A stretch of 64,000 nt of DNA from Candidatus Beckwithbacteria bacterium (GTDB lineage: Bacteria; Patescibacteriota; Microgenomatia; UBA1400; CG1-02-47-37). Below, piece by piece: positions 59,902 through 64,000 of the stretch (the stretch's first letter is position 1; the number at the start of each line of letters is the position of its first letter). The translations under genes and the position numbers were made by a program. Location of the stretch: NCBI GenBank assembly GCA_043803225.1, contig JAZDKF010000012.1:54143-118142 (forward strand), in the 5' to 3' direction. A model generated the notes under the pieces. The model ran no database searches, was not told the DNA's origin, and saw nothing but the letters and a program-made list of their open reading frames with translations.

Positions 59902-61684
59902 TCTTGCCTTGATTCGAAACTTCTGCGTTATCAGCCACATTGATCATGGTAAAACTACCCTAACCGACCGTTTTTTAGAACTGACTCATACTTTATCCTC
60001 ATCTAAGCTCAAAGAGCGGATTTTAGACTCCAATCCCATTGAACAGGAACGGGGGATTACGATTAAACTCGCTCCGGTCAGGCTGAAATATACCCTAAAT
60101 TCAAAAGTCTATCAGCTTAATCTTATCGACACTCCCGGCCATGTTGATTTTTCTTACGAAGTTTCCCGCTCCTTGGCGGCTTGTGAAGGCGCCATCCTTT
60201 TAGTTGATGCCACTCAGGGAATTCAAGCCCAAACTCTGGCCAATGCCAACTTAGCTTTAGCCAGTGGTCTGGAATTAATTCCGGTGATTAATAAAATCGA
60301 TATTCCCAACTTAGATCTTGATCAAATCAGCCGTCAGCTTCAGGATACTTTTGGTTTTACTCAACCAGAAATTATTTTTGTCTCTGCCAAAACCGGTCAA
60401 AACGTAGTTCAATTAATTGAAGCGGTAATCGACCGCCTGCCCCCGCCCCAAGGCGATGCCCAGGCTCCGCTTCAAGCTTTAATTTTTAACTCTTTTTACC
60501 ATTCTCACCACGGCGTCATTGCCTCGGTCCGGCTGGTTAACGGCCAGGTTGTAAAAAACCAAACTTTAAAGTTTTTTTCAAACCTTACCAGCTTTAAACC
60601 CGTGGATATCGGCTACTACGCGCCAATCTTTAAATCAGTTGACCGCTTAACTAGCGGTGAAGTTGGCTTTATCGCCACCGGCTTAAAAGACATTTCCCTT
60701 TGCCGGGTTGGCGACACCTTGACTACGGTTGATCATCCGACCGCCGCCCCACTGCCCGGTTATCACGAACCTCAACCAGTAGTTTATATGGATTTTTATC
60801 CTCTAGAGAATCATGACTTTTTTAAATTAAAAACTTCCCTGGAGAAATTCTGCCTTATCGACTCCAGCTTGCATTACTCGCTGGTTAACTCATCAATATT
60901 AGGCAGTGGCTATAAAATCGGCTTTCAGGGTTTGCTTCATGCTGAAATTGTCCAGGAACGTTTAGAGCGCGAGTTTGGCCTGGAGCTGATTACTACCAGC
61001 CCTTCAGTCGAATACCAGGTCGAGTTAAAGAAAAAAAACCAAAAAGTTTCGCTCTTTTCCCCGGCTGACTTTCCTGATCCGTCATTAATTTCTCAAAGCT
61101 TTGAACCGTTTATTGAAATTACCCTTTTTACCCCGATTACTTACTTAGGCCCGGTCATGGATCTTGCCTCTGACTACCGTTCTAAGTTAATCTCCCAGGA
61201 ATTTTTCTCCTCTCAGGTTAAGCTGGTTTATTCTATGCCTTTACAGGAGTTAATCAGTGGCTTTTTTGATGCTCTCAAGTCCGTCTCTTCAGGCTTTGCC
61301 AGCTTAAACTGGCAGTTTAAAGGCTTTGTTTTAAGCGACATTGTTAAGCTGGAAGTTTGGCTTAACCGCCAGGTGATAGAACCTTTATCAGTGTTAACCA
61401 TTCGTTCCAAAGCTCAAAAACTGGCCCTGTCTTTAGCTAAAAAATTAAAATCCGCTCTGCCGCGCCAGCAGTTTGAAGTTCCGATTCAGGTCGCCTTGGG
61501 CGGTAAAGTCTTAGCCCGCGAAACCCTAAAAGCTTATCGTAAAGATGTCACTGTTAAACTCCACGCCTCCGATTTAAGCCGCAAAGCCAAGCTTTTGGAA
61601 AAACAGAAAAAAGGCAAAAAAAGACTGAAGGCCTTTGGCCGGGTCACCCTCAATCAGGACGCTTTTTTAGCGGTTATTCGTTAA
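59891..61684 (+). CDS. lepA: Translation elongation factor 4 (divergent)
   Basis: HIDHGKT, ERGITIK, DTPGHVDF, NKID, ERLEREF, KLLEKQKKGK. Confidence 0.92.
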   Translation: MNSNLALIRNFCVISHIDHGKTTLTDRFLELTHTLSSSKLKERILDSNPIEQERGITIKLAPVRLKYTLNSKVYQLNLIDTPGHVDFSYEVSRSLAACEGAILLVDATQGIQAQTLANANLALASGLELIPVINKIDIPNLDLDQISRQLQDTFGFTQPEIIFVSAKTGQNVVQLIEAVIDRLPPPQGDAQAPLQALIFNSFYHSHHGVIASVRLVNGQVVKNQTLKFFSNLTSFKPVDIGYYAPIFKSVDRLTSGEVGFIATGLKDISLCRVGDTLTTVDHPTAAPLPGYHEPQPVVYMDFYPLENHDFFKLKTSLEKFCLIDSSLHYSLVNSSILGSGYKIGFQGLLHAEIVQERLEREFGLELITTSPSVEYQVELKKKNQKVSLFSPADFPDPSLISQSFEPFIEITLFTPITYLGPVMDLASDYRSKLISQEFFSSQVKLVYSMPLQELISGFFDALKSVSSGFASLNWQFKGFVLSDIVKLEVWLNRQVIEPLSVLTIRSKAQKLALSLAKKLKSALPRQQFEVPIQVALGGKVLARETLKAYRKDVTVKLHASDLSRKAKLLEKQKKGKKRLKAFGRVTLNQDAFLAVIR

Positions 61685-63043
61685 GCTGATTCTGATGATT
61701 TCATTAACTCCCATTAATACCGAACCGGTCCACGTCCCTTGAGTGATTTGAACCTTCCGGCTTTCCGCGTTCCCATTAAAATTTTCAATCACTACTTCGT
61801 AAGCTCCCGGTGCCAGGTTTTTAATGATCACCGGCACAGTTTCGGTGTGGAAATTATTGGCATCATAATTAACCAAATCTACCTGAATCTTGTCGCCCCT
61901 TTTACTCCCCACTCCCTTAACAAAACTGCCCTCGCCGGTTAAGTACAACCGGATATCTCCTAACTGATTTAACCAGCTAAAGACCTTATATCTTGGTTTG
62001 GCTACTAAGCCGGTACTCTCATGACTCAACAGCCCAAACCTGCCCCAGAAAGTTTTCCCTTCACTGTCTAGCCCGTCCACAATCTCAAAACTAAACGCCT
62101 TGCTGATCCCGCCTAGCATTTCTATCACACTGGCAACCGTATGGCTTGCTCCGAAGTTATTGTCATAACCAGGATTGTTTTTTGCATCCAAGCCCCACTC
62201 AGTCACAATCTTTTCCTTTAACGCCAGCTTTGGGTAGCTTTGCATCAACTGGTTAACTGTTTCAATGTCGTCGTTGAACTCCTCCGGCCTCAGGCTGTAC
62301 CGGTGCCAGGAGATAAAATCTAAGCGCAAATTTTCCTCATTAACTAATCTAAACACTGCCTCAATCCAGTTCCGGTACATTCCCGTTGTTCCCGGTCCTC
62401 CCAGTTTAAAGCTTAATACCTCAACAGCTTGTTCTGCTCCAAGGGCTGTCTGGCGGTAAAGCTGGAGATAATCTTTATCTCTCCCAATCTTCCAATCACC
62501 GAATAAATCCGGTTCATTCCAAACCTCATAGTAAACTTTATCGATGTTTTTTCCCTTTTTACCCGAATAGTGTTCAATGGTTGCCTTGACTAATGTCTGC
62601 CACTCGTTCCAGTCGCTTGGCTGGTCAGTCACGCCGCTTCCTAAAGCCGGCGGCATATATGATAAAGCCAGTAACGGTTTTGCCCCCATCTTTAAAATCG
62701 CCTCCACTTCTTTATCCAGTTTTTCCCAGTTAAACCTTAAACTCCCATTATCTTTCTCCACCACTGAATAAAAATCATAAATATGGTCAATTCTGATATA
62801 ACTGGGGGATAAAGCTCTCATGGCGGTGATTGTTGGTGCCAGCATGCCGTTGCTGCTTTCTCCGCCTTGAGCAAAATTCGTCCAAGGTCTGGGCATCGGC
62901 CCTAACTGCCTGTCAGCTTCGACCACAATCTCAGCCTTTTTCCCGGTTGCCTCTGATAATAGTTGACTGACTTTTGCCCCCAAATCTAAACTTAATCCCA
63001 AAGCCACTAATAATAGTATTAATCCGGCAATTTTTAACTTCAT
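61667..63043 (-). CDS. Exported GH39-like (clan GH-A) glycoside hydrolase
   Basis: Signal/TM; YEVWNEPD, LGGPG, DFISWH, VTEWG. Confidence 0.8.
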   Translation of the reverse strand: MKLKIAGLILLLVALGLSLDLGAKVSQLLSEATGKKAEIVVEADRQLGPMPRPWTNFAQGGESSNGMLAPTITAMRALSPSYIRIDHIYDFYSVVEKDNGSLRFNWEKLDKEVEAILKMGAKPLLALSYMPPALGSGVTDQPSDWNEWQTLVKATIEHYSGKKGKNIDKVYYEVWNEPDLFGDWKIGRDKDYLQLYRQTALGAEQAVEVLSFKLGGPGTTGMYRNWIEAVFRLVNEENLRLDFISWHRYSLRPEEFNDDIETVNQLMQSYPKLALKEKIVTEWGLDAKNNPGYDNNFGASHTVASVIEMLGGISKAFSFEIVDGLDSEGKTFWGRFGLLSHESTGLVAKPRYKVFSWLNQLGDIRLYLTGEGSFVKGVGSKRGDKIQVDLVNYDANNFHTETVPVIIKNLAPGAYEVVIENFNGNAESRKVQITQGTWTGSVLMGVNEIIRISLTNNR

Positions 63044-63066
63044 TCACTCATTATATCAATAAGCTC

Positions 63067-63104
63067 TTGACACCTGCTTAGCAGTCGTGGTAGCATACTG
63101 CTAA
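63067..63104 (+). promoter_or_regulatory. Promoter and CIRCE operator of hrcA-grpE
   Basis: TTGACA 63067-63072; TG-G-TAGCAT 63088-63096; TTAGCAGTC-N9-TACTGCTAA 63078-63104. Confidence 0.9.
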
Positions 63105-63105
63105 T

Positions 63106-63831
63106 ATGAATTTAACTGATAGGCAAGCGCATATTCTAAAAGCCGTCATTGACGAATTTACTTCTACTGCTGAACCTGTCGGCAGCGTTACCCTGGAAAA
63201 AAAATATAACCTCGGCATCTCTCCGGCCACAATTCGCAATGAAATGATGGCCCTTACCAAATCCGGCTTTTTAAAACAGCCCCATACCTCAGCCGGCCGC
63301 ATCCCTACCCCGGTTGCCCTGAAATACTACATCCGCGAACTGGTTAAAGAAGAAGAACTGTCTGTGGCTGACGAAGTCGCGGTTAAGGAAAAAGTCTGGG
63401 ACAACCGTTTTCAGATCGAAAAAACTTTGCAAACTCTGACTAAAGCCTTGGCTGATAAAACCAAAACTTTGGCCGTTGCTTGTACTTCTACCGGCGGCCT
63501 GTTTCATTCCGGCGCCGGCCACATTTTAGACAATCCTGAGTTCTATGATATTGATGTTGCCCGGGAAGTTTTATCTATGGTTGATGAATTCAACCAGATA
63601 AACTCAATTTTTTCCAAAGCCAGCGGTGATGATCCAATTCATATTTTAGTCGGTGATGATTTTGACATCGACCTTTTCGAATCCTTAAGCATGGTTTTCG
63701 TTGACTTTTCTTCTCCTAAACTTTCCGGTTCATTAGGCGTTATCGGTCCCTCCCGCTTGGCTTATCAAAGTATCGTCCCGACTGTCCGTTACTTCGGTAA
63801 CTTAATTACTGAAATTTCTCAAAATTGGTAA
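63106..63831 (+). CDS. hrcA: Heat-inducible repressor HrcA (short form)
   Basis: EPVGS, SPATIRNEM, QPHTSAGRIP, GVIGPSRL. Confidence 0.95.
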   Translation: MNLTDRQAHILKAVIDEFTSTAEPVGSVTLEKKYNLGISPATIRNEMMALTKSGFLKQPHTSAGRIPTPVALKYYIRELVKEEELSVADEVAVKEKVWDNRFQIEKTLQTLTKALADKTKTLAVACTSTGGLFHSGAGHILDNPEFYDIDVAREVLSMVDEFNQINSIFSKASGDDPIHILVGDDFDIDLFESLSMVFVDFSSPKLSGSLGVIGPSRLAYQSIVPTVRYFGNLITEISQNW

Positions 63832-63835
63832 AAAT

Positions 63836-64000
63836 ATGTCTAAATTATCCAAAAATCAGCTCTTAGAAAATCAACTTAAACGGACTTTAGCCGACTATCA
63901 AAACCTGCAAAAACGAATCGTCAGCGATCAGGTCGAATTCGTTAAATTCGCTAATGCCTCCCTAATCTCCAAACTGCTGCCGATTTTAGATGATTTAAAG
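63836..64000 (+). CDS. grpE: Nucleotide exchange factor GrpE (5' part, runs off the window)
   Basis: Hand translation MSKLSKNQLLENQLKRTLADYQNLQKR...LLPILDDLK; follows hrcA. Confidence 0.9.
   Translation, partial: MSKLSKNQLLENQLKRTLADYQNLQKRIVSDQVEFVKFANASLISKLLPILDDLK

Overview
Gene-dense chromosomal region of a Patescibacteria (CPR) genome, probably Microgenomates-type; this is inferred from gene content and compaction, not from a marker search. It contains the dnaN-oriC-dnaA / rpmH-rnpA-yidD-yidC-jag locus, and the oriC has DnaA boxes, a GC cluster and DnaA-trios. Housekeeping genes include valS, metG, ruvCAB, groESL with CIRCE, hrcA-grpE with CIRCE, lepA, rplY, rpsT, pcrA and tRNA-Cys. 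There are many cell-envelope and glycosylation genes (WecA/TagO, polyprenyl-phosphate phosphoribosyltransferase, several GT-C/PMT enzymes, LCP, FemABX, MurJ, VanW) and an rpsT-pilN-pilO operon ending in Ser/Pro- and Cys-rich surface proteins. Main unexplained observations: (1) the + strand is C-rich on both sides of the apparent oriC in hand-counted samples, so there is no GC-skew switch, suggesting unidirectional replication or a displaced origin; (2) a -10 hexamer sits 6-7 nt before many start codons, implying widespread leaderless mRNAs; (3) a palindromic AAGGTC-N-GACCTT element is read in frame inside a two-nucleotidyltransferase fusion gene, with one copy at the fusion junction; (4) two tandem paralogs have conserved ends and an unalignable middle, next to a VirB4-like gene; (5) an O-glycosylation operon converges on its plausible Ser/Pro-rich substrates. 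No CRISPR array, rRNA, integrase or transposase was seen. All family calls are from motif recognition only.
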